Assembly (NCBI GenBank): GCA_002269645.1
Contig: NIVC01000250.1
Span: 62,001 to 126,000 of the forward strand
DNA from: Macrostomum lignano
Taxonomy: Eukaryota
DNA length: 64,000 bases
Reading direction: 5' to 3'
The notes under the pieces are model-generated. The model saw nothing but the letters and a program-made list of their open reading frames with translations, ran no database searches and was not told where the DNA came from. Each line of letters opens with the position of its first letter. Position 1 is the stretch's first letter. Position numbers and translations under genes: made by a program. Of the stretch, positions 1-13,244 are shown piece by piece.

Positions 1-405
<405 letters not shown>

Positions 406-468
406 ACCCCACACTGAGAATCGCCCCCAACCCCAAACTGAGAACCGCCACACTCAGAGGTCACAAAC

Positions 469-3345
469 CTGCTCAATCCGACCATTTGGGTGCCGAGACT
501 CAGTCAACGGCATTTCTTCATCCTCGCGAACTTCCTGTTGCTGAAGCTGAAGCTGCGGTTGCTGCTGCTGCTGCTGCTGTCGTTGCGTCAACATTGGTGG
601 AGGAGGAGGAGGCGGCGGCGGTGGCGGCTGAGGCGCCTGAGGCTGCTGTTGAGGCGGCGGTGATGGCGCCGTCGGTGGAAGCGCCTGAACTGGCGCTGGC
701 GCGGCCTTCAACGCCTTGAGCTGCAGGCGCTCCTTCTCCAGATTCTGCACCCGCTGACGCAGTTCGGCTTTCTCAGCCTCCAAGCTCTCGGCCCGATCTC
801 TCAGGCGAGCCAAATTGGCGGACCAGCGCGCCTCCTTCTGCGCGCATTCGTCTCGCAGTGCGGCCAACTCCTGGCGCAGGCGTTCGGACTCTTCGCGGCC
901 CTCGCGCCCGGCGCCAGCCTTCAAAGCTTTGGCGTAGTCGTCCAGCAGGCGGCGCTCTTTGCGCAGCTTGCGCTGTTCGGCCTCGCGCTCGCGCTGCGTC
1001 GCCTCGGCTGCGGACCGGCGCTCCTCATCCAGCTTGCGGCGCTCCGCCGCCAGGCCGGCCCGCTCCGACTCCAGCTCGCGTTTCAGCTTGGACAGCTGGG
1101 GGTTTATGGTCTGCGGGTTGGGGTTTATGGCTAGTGAATTGGGAAGTTTATGGTCTGCGGGTTGGGGTTTATGGCTAGTGAATTGGGAAGTTTATGGTCT
1201 GCGGGTTGGGGTTTATGGCTAGTGAATTTGGGGGTTTATGGTCTGCGGGTTGGGGTTTATGGCTAGTGAATTGGGAGTTTATGGTCTGCGGGTTGGGGTT
1301 TATGGCTAGTGAATTGGGGTTTATGGTCTGCGGGTTGGGTTTTATGGCTAGTGAATTGGGGGGTTTATGGTCTGCGGGTTGGGGTTTATGGCTAGTGAAT
1401 TGGGAGTTTATGGTCGGCGGGTTGGGGTTATGGCTAGTGAATTGGGGAGTTTATGGTCTGCGGGTTGGGGTTTATGGCTAGTGAATTGGAGTTCATGGTT
1501 AGTAAACTTGGGGTTTGTGGTTAGTAAATTGGGGGTTAGGGGGTTTATGATTAGTAAACTCATTCTAACCTGAAATCGTTCAATTTCGGCCTCCAGCTCG
1601 CGCAGTTTCTCTCGCAGCACCGAGGTGGCCACAATGCTGTCCTGAGCAGCCGCGGTTGCCTGTTTGGCAGTTTTTGCCTGAGGAAAAATCATCAGACTGG
1701 CCGCTTCGGCGGCTGCGGCAGCGGCGGCGGCACTGGCGGCTGTCACGGCGTTGGTGGATGACGCGGGCGGCACCGGCGGCTGCTGGAAGAGCTGGCCGCC
1801 TCCTGGCAATAGGGATTGGTGGCAGCGGTGGGATCAAAAGACTCACTGGGCTCAAGAGTGGGTCTGCTACAGCAGGAGAGCTGCGGGCACCCTAACGCAA
1901 CGCCTTCAGCGAAATCGTCCCGCCAATAGCGCTGAGACAATTCTGCCCATACACACGCTCTCACAGGGTGTACAGCTGCCCTGACATTCTAATCATCGGG
2001 CATGTGCACATGCGCGCGGAATCAAACCAGGGGTCGTGGCGCGAGTCAGACGCGCTTACTATTGTACCCCTGCTCACACCCTGCCCACCATGAGCTGAAC
2101 CCTGCTCACACCCTGCCCACCATGAGCTGAACCCTGCTCACACCCTGCCCACCATGAGCTGAACCCTGCTCACACCCTGCCCACCATGAGCTGAACCCTG
2201 TTCACACCCTGCCCACCATGAGCTGAACCCACCCTACCCACCATGAGCTGAACCCACCCTACCCACCATGAGCTGAACCCTACCCACCATGAGCTGAACC
2301 CTACCCACCATGAGCTGAACCCTACCCACCATGAGCTGAACCCTACCCACCATGAGCTGAACCCTACCCACCATGAGCTGAACCCTACCCACCATGAGCT
2401 GAACCCTACCCACCATGAGCTGAACCCTACCCACCATGAGCTGAACCCTACCCACCATGAGCTGAACCCTACCCACCATGAGCTGAACCCTACCCACCAT
2501 GAGCTGAACCCTACCCACCATGAGCTAAACCCTACCCACCATGAGCTGAACCCACCCTACCCACCATGAGCTGAACCCTACCCACCATGAGCTGAACCCT
2601 ACCCACCATGAGCTGAACCCTACCCACCATGAGCTAAACCCTACCCACCATGAGCTGAACCCACCCTACCCACCATGAGCTGAACCCTACCCATTATGAG
2701 CTGAACCCTACCCACCATGAGCTGAACCCTACCCACCATGAGCTGAACCCTACCCACCATGAGCTAAACCCTACCCACCATGAGCTCCGGAAGCCGCAGC
2801 GGGCGGATCCAGCAGGCTGCAGGTTGGCGTGGCCTCGCTATCAACCGTGGCCGAATTTGCCGCAGGCGGCAGACCAGCGCCGCCGCCCCATTCTTCGCTG
2901 TCGTGAAACTCATGACGCCGAGTGCCCAGCTGTTGTTGTTGCTGCTGCTGCATCAGCTGATGCTGAGCCGAGGCCCGACCGGAGTCGCTTTGCGAAGCAG
3001 CCGACGAGTTGTGGCCGCTGAATTCGCGCATGAAATCGGCCAGACGCTCTTCGTCATCATCGGACACGCTCGGAATGTCGTGTTCGTCCGTGCCAGGATA
3101 AATCAATTGCTGCTGCTGCTGCTGCTGAGCCCGGCGCTGCTCAGACTCTCTCAACCGATTAGTCACGTGACGCTTCACCGTGGCCTTGTCTAGCAATGCC
3201 AGAGCGGAGAACTGCGACACCACCGAGTTATCTGCCGCAGCTTCGAGTAGTTCAAATTCTTCCAGATCGTCGCGCGTGTCCGAGCAGGCCGTGGGCGCCC
3301 TGGCCGGCTCGCCGTCGTCGCGATCTTCAAAGCAAGGCGGCCTCT

Positions 3346-3379
<34 letters not shown>

Positions 3380-4144
3380 TCGGTTAATCAGTTGGGTAAG
3401 CATCAATTGCTGTTGCTGCTGGTGCTGGCCCTGGAAATTTGCCGCAGTCTGAGCTCGAATTGATGTTGCTCCGCCTGCGGCAGGTCTCACAGTTGTCGTT
3501 GCTGCCGAAACTTTTGGCGGAGTCTTCGATGCGCCAACTGGAGCCGTTGAAGAGGCCACTTGTTGAGCCTGTTTCTGCTTTGCCGGCGGCTTCTTTGGGT
3601 TTCTGGCTAGGCCGCCTTTGTTGAACCGGCTGATGCCCTCGCCACGGCGCAGGAACCGGAACTTCGGCTTGGCGCCGCCGCCGCCGCCTCCCGCTGGTTG
3701 CTTCTGGCGCTGCTGCTGACCGCCACCGCCGCCGCCGCCTCCAACTTTCCCGCGACTGTTCAGCGTCTCTTCAAGGAGGTCCTCGAATGGCCGATCCGGA
3801 CAGCCGGCCAGAGGAATTTCGTCGTTGCCAACGCCGCCGTTGTGGCTGCTGCGCAGGTCCGTAGCCGACGAGGCGCTGGTGCCGCCAGCCGGCTGCAACA
3901 GGTTCTCCTTGTCAGAGTCTCGGCGAGATCCTTCGTCGAATCCATCGTCAACAGGTTCGGAGCCTTCGGCCGCGGCAACCTCGTTAATAATGCTCTTGCC
4001 GCTGACATGGTTGTCGTTGGCGTCGTATTGATCGTCGAACAGGGCCTCGTCATCGTCAGGCAGGTAGTTCAACACGACGCCAGCTCGCTGCACCCAGGAA
4101 CGGCTGCTGGGAGCGAAGCAATTGCTCTCCTGACTGCGCAGCAT
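469..4144 (-). CDS. CENPJ: Centriole assembly protein Sas-4/CPAP (centromere protein J), partial; 3' exons lie beyond the left edge
   Basis: Exons 4144..2779, 1802..1570 and 1095..469 have GT/AG ends and phases 1,0,0 that join in frame. Motifs: PFEDLLEETL and KPKFRFLRRGEGISRF (PN2-3 tubulin-binding region), LEEFELLEAAAD, long coiled coil (LREKLRELEAEIERFQ, WSANLARLR), and start of the TCP10/G-box domain (HPNGRIEQ). Start codon uncertain: frame is open to 4240 and there is an acceptor-like AG at 4203-4202. Confidence 0.88.
1096..1555. repeat. Compound ~45-bp minisatellite (ggggtttatggtctgcgggtt / ggggtttatggctagtgaatt) filling CENPJ intron 2
   Basis: Direct tandem copies are visible. The array ends exactly at the minus-strand acceptor (cag at 1098-1096). 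Confidence 0.9.
2075..2785. repeat. 21-bp minisatellite (cccaccatgagctgaacccta) with longer ~26-bp variants at the left end, CENPJ intron 1
   Basis: About 30 tandem copies. The unit spans the exon/intron junction at 2779/2778. Confidence 0.95.
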
Positions 4145-4284
4145 AGGGCGAGTCGGAGGTTCAGCAATTTGAGCAAATAAGACACTCACTGGAGCACACG
4201 CCTGCGAATAACTATAAGTGAGCTCTGCAAATAGCAGCAATGCAACCGAAGCTCGCTTGCAGCTAGGGCGGGGCTCGGGGAGGG

Positions 4285-4870
4285 GATTAGCGTTGCTAAA
4301 AGGAGATGGGGAGGGATTAGCGTGGCTAAAAGGAGATGGGGAGGGATTAGCGTGGCTAAAAGGAGATGGGGAGGGATTAGCGTGGCTAAAAGGAGATGGG
4401 GAGGGATTAGCGTGGCTAAAAGGAGATGGGGAGGGATTAGCGTGGCTAAAAGGAGATGGGGAGGGATTAGCGTGGATAAAAGGGGGTGGGAAGGGATTAG
4501 CGTGGCTAAAAGGAGATGGGGAGGGATTAGCGTGGATAAAAGGGGGTGGGAAAGGATTAGCGTGGCTAAAAGGAGATGGGGAGGGATTAGCGTGGATAAA
4601 AGGGGGTGGGAAGGGATTAGCGTGGCTAAAAGGAGATGGGGAGGGATTAGCGTGGATAAAAGGGGGTGGGAAAGGATTAGCGTGGCTAAAAGGAGATGGG
4701 GAGGGATTAGCGTGGATAAAAGGGGGTGGGAAGGGATTAGCGTGGCTAAAAGGAGATGGGGAGGGATTAGCGTGGATAAAAGGGGGTGGGAAGGGATTAG
4801 CGTAGATAAAAGGGGGTGGGAAGGGATTAGCGTGGATAAAAGGGGGTGGGGAGGGATTAGCGTGGCTAAC
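4285..4870. repeat. 30-bp minisatellite (gagggattagcgtggctaaaaggagatggg and variant) between COX5B and CENPJ
   Basis: About 19-20 tandem copies, with two variants alternating in the right half. Confidence 0.95.
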
Positions 4871-4995
4871 CTATCGGGCTACGCTAACCTTTACTAAACG
4901 TATTCTACATATGCTAATACAAGTAGTAGTAAACTAAAAAAACAGATGCAAACACAACAAAGAGCGAATCAATATTAGCCATTGTTGAAGCAAAT

Positions 4996-5001
4996 TTTAT
5001 T
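4996..5001 (-). terminator. Candidate polyadenylation signal (AATAAA) of COX5B
   Basis: tttatt on the plus strand, ~270 nt downstream of the COX5B stop in AT-rich 3'UTR. Confidence 0.4.
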
Positions 5002-5268
5002 TGCTGTTTTATGACCGGTTAGAAACTGCTATATACCGACTCTATGAAGACTTAATTACCATTTACTAGTAACTTACAAATAATACATAAATATATAAAA
5101 TTTGCATAGAGTTTGCTTTTGTATTACTTAGTTAATATAATTATCATCCAAACTGAAGGTGACAAACAATAAACGATGCAGTCACGACACATCAGGCGGC
5201 AAGCTGGTCTGCCGATATGTATCGATAATACATATAACTACAAGAAAACATAAGTCTGACATAAGCTG

Positions 5269-6789
<1,521 letters not shown>

Positions 6790-8028
6790 TTAAATGTAGT
6801 CAACCACTGATTTATAGGCCATCTAGTTCCATCCACTCAGCTTAATTGTCAAGATCTCGGCACTTTTCTCAATCTTGATCTTGGTTTTGATATCTCAAAA
6901 AAGTCAAGATTTGTGACTATGTGACTATTGGTGACTACCATTTTATCATATTTATATTTGATATATTGCAATACATAAGTTACTAACAAGCTCAATATTA
7001 TACAATAATAGTTTTCTTTCTATTATCATCATTGTACACATTTAACAAATATTATTAGCACTGATAGATAGGATAGTGTAAATAGGCCTACTAGATTTTA
7101 ATTAGGCTTAATCTCAAATCTTGATAGAATCTCAATTATCTCAATAGCATAGATATTGAGTCTCAAAAATCTTGAAAATGTGATATTGTTTGATCCCTAA
7201 AAAAATATACAGATTATGAAATCATTTATCATTATAAAATAAATGATTGCATGTGATCTGAGACAGTAAAGATTACTATTTTATAATTTAGAATGTAAAA
7301 CATGTTTGTTACTCTTGCAATTTATATAGTTGTGTGGTGAACATTACATTTTAACATTGTTTTCTTTATTTTATAAGCCCAAACCAAAGTTGAAATTACT
7401 CACAAATGAAATTTTTGCTTTATGGCTTTTCAAAGCAAGTATATTTGTAATACAATTGTTGCATAAAGGTATTCTTAAGCAAAGTCTTTTACAAGTTTGG
7501 CTTAGGCTTATGAAATGAAAAGAAAGCAATATGAAAATACAATTTTAATTGCAGAACTATATAAACTACAATAGAGTAATATATGCATGCATGCCCAATT
7601 AAAAGAATAGTAATTTTCATTACCTTAGATCAAATGCAACCATTGATTTTGTGTTGAAAAAAATGTTTTTATCATTGCAGTATATTTTTATAGGATATTG
7701 GCCTCTTACAATCATTAGTTTCATGCCCTATTATACCATATTGGTCCTTGGCTAATGGCTGAGTATTTTAAAAAGCATCAATGACTTATAACCTTCAAGG
7801 CAGACTAAGAGAATATACATGATGGGTCCTCACTAGCTTTCCTATGCAGTGAATATACTTTGCCAATAAAGTGTAAATAGTAGAGCTATATCCTAATTCT
7901 ATTTTCTACTTTTAGCAAAGATAGCACAAGTCTATATCATTTTATTTTGGCCACTACTTATCAATTCTAACATTTTCAATAAAATATTCGTTATTAAAAT
8001 ATTGATCACCAAATTAATACTTTATCTA

Positions 8029-8197
8029 TGAGGGTGTCCCAAAAGTCAGTGCACTTTCTTCATTACAGCCTTTTCTGAGCAATCAGAAATATTTAGTTTT
8101 TAGCAGTTGAAAAGAGAATTATCTGCTCATTAAAATGACTTTCTATTTATTTCTATATCTGCTGGCATTTATGAGCACTTTTCTGCCCCACCCCCTG
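8029..8197. mobile_element. Degenerate Tc1/mariner-type MITE
   Basis: TA|tgagggtgtcccaaaagt ... gcacttttctgccccaccccctg|TA. Mariner-like imperfect TIRs flanked by TA dinucleotides. Confidence 0.45.
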
Positions 8198-8394
8198 TAC
8201 TACTTCTACAAATTGCCATAGACCAAGGCTTTGTACCTGATGCACGAAACAACAAAACATTCAACAAATTAACAAAACCTCTGCAATATAAAATCTGAGG
8301 AAAGGATAGTCAAAAGTTAATCATCAACATTGTCTTGAGGCTTCTCCACATATAGTCACCACAATGCACATTGTGTGTTGTAACCATTGCACGT

Positions 8395-8890
8395 TCCATG
8401 TTTTCTTATGGAAGGTTTTCCAATGCAAGTTTTTTCTGCTAGAGATTTTCATGGCAAGATTTTCTCATTGACATTTTGATTTCCCTATAGAAAAGTTTTC
8501 CAACAATAGTTTTCCCATTGGGATTTTCTTGTAGGTTTTTCCAAATTAAATTTCAAGTCAAATCTAGTCTATAGACAATGCTAGATTAGATTAGACTAGA
8601 CTAGACTATAGACTAGGCTAAACTAGACTAGACATAAACTAGACTAGATTAAAAACTAAACTAGATTAGACCTAGACTAGACTAGATTTCAAATCCAATT
8701 GAATTTGACTTAAAATTCTAACTGAAAAAACCTTGAAAATCTTTAGTGGGAAAAACCATTGCATGAAAACTTTATTTAAAAAATCTTGGTAGGAAAATCT
8801 CTGTGAGAAAGACTTGGCTAGAAAACTTTAAGTAAAAAAACATTGTAGGAAAACCTTGCTTAGGAAACCACATTATAAGAAAAGCTTATA
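8395..8890. repeat. Degenerate foldback structure: arms of gttttc/gaaaac sub-repeats around a (CTAGA)n core
   Basis: Left arm is rich in ttttc modules and right arm in gaaaa modules. Inner ends aagtcaaat (8555-8563) and atttgactt (8703-8711) are reverse complements. CTAGA microsatellite at ~8565-8690. Confidence 0.45.
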
Positions 8891-9426
8891 GAAGCAAACT
8901 TTCTTGTAGGATATTCTCATAGACCCACAAAAGCATATCTTAAAAATATACTAATAATGACTTGTCTCTAGGTATTTTATTGATTTCATATTAAACTATT
9001 TTTGATTTAATAAGAAGTCTAATAAGTTGCAATCTAATAATCTAATAGGCTATAATCAGGAAAGTAATATATCATATGCTAAAATATTAGATAATCTATA
9101 AATTGTCTATATATTGTTTGTATAAGATTAAAATATTTTGGTAATAAGACACTTTGGTGATAAACAAGTCATTTTGCTAATAAATTAAGACCTTTAGCTG
9201 CTGATAGTCATTTTAGTTTAGAAAGAAAATTATTTTAAATTAAAAAACTTGAAAGTTTCTAGTTTTTTAAGGTTTACTAAAATAATTCAGTAGCAATTAA
9301 TTTACTTTTGTTCATTTACTATAATGAAAAGTTCTAATCTATAGTAGGGCCTATAAATTTGTATGTTTTGTATAAGAATATAACCAATGAATATTTTTAT
9401 GCTTTTCTTAGTGTATATTGCATAAT

Positions 9427-10358
9427 TGTTACAGGCCTTTTAACTCCCTATGAGGATCCCACTAAATGCCACCAAAAGCTATCGTAGGGCTCCGTCTCTC
9501 TATACAATTTCAACCGCTGACACCAAAAGCTGTCCCAGGGCTCTTAATTATTCCTTTTGCTAGCCTTACTAGCTGCCACCAAGCTGTTGCAGGGGTTATT
9601 CCTTTTTGTTAATATTGCTGGTTATTACTTGACCTTTACTCGTAGTGCATGTACTTCTATTGGTAGCGTATGTACTTTTACTGGTAGCGTATGTACTTTT
9701 ATTGGTAGCGTATGTACTTTTATTGATAGCGTATGTACTTTTATTGGTAGCGTATGTACTTTTATTGGCCTGAGCGGTCTCCTGGCACTAATCCTCTAAC
9801 TCTATGTATCCCCCAATTCACTCCTCTAAGGAGGGTTTCTCTCAGTCCGGGCGTTGCCGGGATCAGAGGGTCACAGCGCACTTTGCTGGGTATTCTGCCC
9901 TGAGGCGGGTTTCGCAGACTCTAAGCCTGGATTTCTCTACCCTGTGGTAGGATTTCTGCCTCCTAAAGGCAGGTTACTAGACTCCTAAGTCTAGGATTTC
10001 TCGTTCTCTGAGAACGGACTGAACTCCCAATCTTGGGGCAACTCCTAAACTACTATCCACTACTTGAAATAAGTAACACGAGCAAATACGAGCTCAAGGC
10101 TGATAGAATTTCTTCTCAACTGAGAATTGCTTATTGTTCAACGAGGAACAGACAAGAGCAAGTTGGTTTGCTAGGCTCTCAAATGGCCTCTATTTATAGT
10201 ATAATTTTTCCTGTCATTTCAAACAAAAAGTAATATAAAGAATATAGAAAATATACAAAGTATACAAAATATTCGTGTAGTAAAACAGAATAATAGCTTT
10301 TTTGAATTTATACCTTTTCTAAGAAATGTAAACTACTAAAAGAAGAAGGCCTATTGCA
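9427..10358 (-). repeat. 3' LTR (932 bp)
   Basis: Matches 15605-16445 with ~8 substitutions by eye plus a 91-bp indel. Contains a 21-bp internal tandem (ttggtagcgtatgtactttta) and a minus-strand TATAAATAG box near 10198. Confidence 0.92.
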
Positions 10359-10359
10359 A

Positions 10360-10370
10360 CTGCCTTCCCT
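10360..10370 (-). other. Polypurine tract of the LTR element
   Basis: AGGGAAGGCAG immediately upstream of the 3' LTR on the minus strand. Confidence 0.6.
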
Positions 10371-10647
10371 ATAAGCATGTTTTTTGAATAAAAAAATACT
10401 TATTTACAATAAAATATTTTTTTGAGTGAGAAAAATGCTACAATTTTGATAAGTACATACCTGGTGACGACATATAAACATAAGGCAAACACAACAAGAC
10501 AGTATGAAGGTACAATTGAATATAAAATGACAGCTATAATCACACTTTTATACTGTAAAGCTTTTTCACATAGCAATAGTAGTATCAAGCACGCATATTA
10601 TTATGAAAAATAACACTAAATTGTTTGTAAAGACTTATCAGAAAAGT

Positions 10648-11375
10648 TTAGAACTCGCATGGCCTGGGCAGTTCGCGGAAAGCGGGCCAACCGAATTGGC
10701 TGAGAACCCAACGCAGCTCGATGTTGATCAGCTGCCGATGTACTTCTTGGTCGGTGCCGGCGAGCTGGCGTTGTAGCCTCTCGGCTACGTACTGCACCAC
10801 GGCTATGGCTTCGCCGTTGCGCACATGTCGTCTTAGAAGGCGCAAGAATGGCCATAACTGAGCTCGCTGCGGCAATGGCTGGTCGAGACGGACGTGTGCG
10901 ATGCGCAGCAAATACTGATGGAGGCCATGTCTTGCTCGCTCGATGGGCTCGCCACGGGTAGCCAGCAGGTGATGTACCACTTCGTTGTACCCTGGTCGTC
11001 CACCTGGCGGCGGCTGCTGCCTGGCCGGTCGTTCGCCTGGCGGCTGCTGCTGCCTGGCCGGTCGTTCGCCTGGCGGCTGCTGCTGCCTGGCCGGTCGCTG
11101 TCGCGGATCTCTCGGCGGCTCCGCTAGTTGAATGGCCCGTCGTTCGCCCTGAGCAGTGCCTCCGGCAGGCGCCACATAAACCTGGACCGGGGCGATGGCC
11201 TGTGCCTGAATGAGCGCGGCCCTTTTCTCAGGCACCTGATCGCCGTTTCGAAGTTGACGATTCGCGATTGGGGAGGCATCACGTCTCCTCTTACAACCTG
11301 GTGGATTTGGGCGCGTCGGCTGTCGTAATGGTGCCTCCTCAGTCGGCTGTTGCTGCTGTTGCTGCTGCTGCCGCT

Positions 11376-11423
<48 letters not shown>

Positions 11424-13037
11424 CCGCACGTCTCGATGTCAGCTGGGCTGCAAGAGACGGGGGCGCTAGATGCGCCCCAGCCTGCGAAGAAGGTTGATGG
11501 TGAGGCTCGCGTCAACCAGGAGTGCGTCTTGTTCGCCGGGGCGGGCCGCGAACCCTCGTGGGCAGTCGAAAAGAATGTGCTGCTCGGTGTCGCGAGCTCC
11601 GCAGTCCGGGCACACGTCGGAGTCGGACAGGCCGAGTCGGAGTCTAGTGGCGGCGGCAAGGTTGCTGCAGCCGGCGCGGAGCTGGTTGACCAGGACCTCA
11701 AATTTCCTCGGCAAGGTTGGGAGTCTTGGCCATGGCGCCTTACGGCCCCAAAGCTCGAGGTCTAGATCACGTCTTTCCCGGCAGAGGTAAGCGCTGGCTG
11801 CCATGATGGGGACACCATGGTCGCTCTGATCTGCGGTCGCCAGTCTTGCCGCCCTATCTGCGCGTTCGTTCATGGGATGCCGCAGTGAGCCGGTATCCAG
11901 GTGATGCGGATGGAGTGATCGCTACTCTGGTTCCAAATTTCGGAGACGATTCTGCTGTTGCTGCGCTGGCCCGCCATGATGTTGTAAATGGCCGCCTGGG
12001 AGTCAGTGAAGATGTCGATACATTGATGCTCTCTGGTATTCTGGATGGCAAGCAGTATGGCTTGAAGTTCCGCCTGGGTGCTGCTGCAGATGTTCCCTGC
12101 AGCGCTGGTGACGACCCGACCCCAGCATGGGGTGATGATCACCGCTGCGCTGGTGCCGTCCGATGTGCCGCCGGCGGCCGAGCCGTCAGTCCAAACGCTG
12201 ACCGGGTGGGAGCCGCGCTCCTCGAGGTACCTCAGTGCAGTATCGCTGCGGAGGCTCTGGGGCTGGCTGCGGCTGCACTGCGTAGCCAAACTGAGGTCGA
12301 AAGTGATCGCTTCGTGGGCCGTCCACGGCGGCTGGAGCTGCGGAGCGGGCTCCCTGGTGGGGCCGTTGAGCAGCCCCTGTCTGTCGAGCTCTTGGCTAAC
12401 GCGGCGCCAGCAACCACGGTGTTCTCGCTGGTAGTCGTGGAGGACGGTGACGATGTCCTTTGGGTCTCTCGGTGTTCTCTGGTGGCTCTCAAAGGCTCGA
12501 TTCTTCGAGGGGGGGGGGGCCTACGGCCGACCTGTGTGCTTTTTGTGTGCTTCTGTAATTTTTTGTGTGCTTCTTGGGGGCCTACGGCCGACCTTCAAGA
12601 GGTGCCCCTGTTCTTAACTAACGGACCGTACCACCACCGAGCTGCCGCTGCTGCTGCTGCTGCTGCTGCTGTCGCTGCTGCTGTTGTTGCTGCTGCTCAG
12701 CCGGTGGCTGGGGTTGCTCAGCCAGGGGCTGGGGTTGCTGCTCAGGCTGAGGCGCAGGGCCTGCAGGCTGACCGTTGATCTGTCCCTCTGGCTGATCCAG
12801 ATCGGCGGTGTCAATATATAATAGCTCTCTGATAAAACCGAAATCGTCCATAGCTAATCTAGTCTTAATTACGCTTGACGTGTCAAGGGCTGTGGTATAT
12901 GCTTCCTGAGGAGCCTCAGGGGTCTTGGTTTTGTATCCGAAAAACTGGACCGCATCTTTGTGCTCGCTCTCGGGGAGGGGTCTGAGCTTCACTTTTTGAC
13001 GCTTTGGTTCCGTGGGGAACTTCGATTCGACTTTCAT
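10648..13037 (-). CDS. Extra ORF (ORF3) of the LTR element, 371 aa when reconstructed, unknown family; interrupted by a nested LINE
   Basis: 13037..12641 plus 11366..10648 = 1116 nt in one frame after removing the insertion and one TSD copy. Q/P/R-rich middle and a predicted helical C-terminal ~110 aa. No signal peptide or transmembrane segment evident. Confidence 0.65.
11379..12640 (-). mobile_element. 5'-truncated RNase H-encoding LINE fragment (I/Ingi-like) nested in the LTR element
   Basis: RNase H motifs VWTDGS, SSTQAELQAI, IFTDSQ, WIPAHCGIP/NERAD (frameshift ~11870). C-terminal CPDCGARDTEQHILFDCP, (GA)n tail at 11379-11420, and 12-bp TSD gctgccgctgct (11367-11378 and 12641-12652). Confidence 0.88.
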
Positions 13038-13244
13038 ATGCCTATAACTCTCTTAATACAATAGATACAATGATGAGCAATATATCATTTTATAGATAAC
13101 TATTTACAGATTACTATGATGTTTTTGTATTTTTTGTAGCTTTTATAGTTTTTATTTTATTGAGCTTTTTGTAGAGTCTATTTACAAATGGAAACATTTT
13201 TACACTGATTCTAATGGGGTTTTGGTTCGCTGATTATGTCATCT

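Noticed and set aside
2075-2785. Telomere-like aaccct within the 21-bp repeat
   Set aside because: Not a TTAGGG array; better explained as an amplified splice-donor region.
12575-12595. GCCTACGGCC match to the 5' end of 5S rRNA
   Set aside because: Only ~10 nt match; no internal 5S control region follows.
10648-13037. Interpretation of ORF3 as env
   Set aside because: No signal peptide, no transmembrane anchor and no furin cleavage motif.
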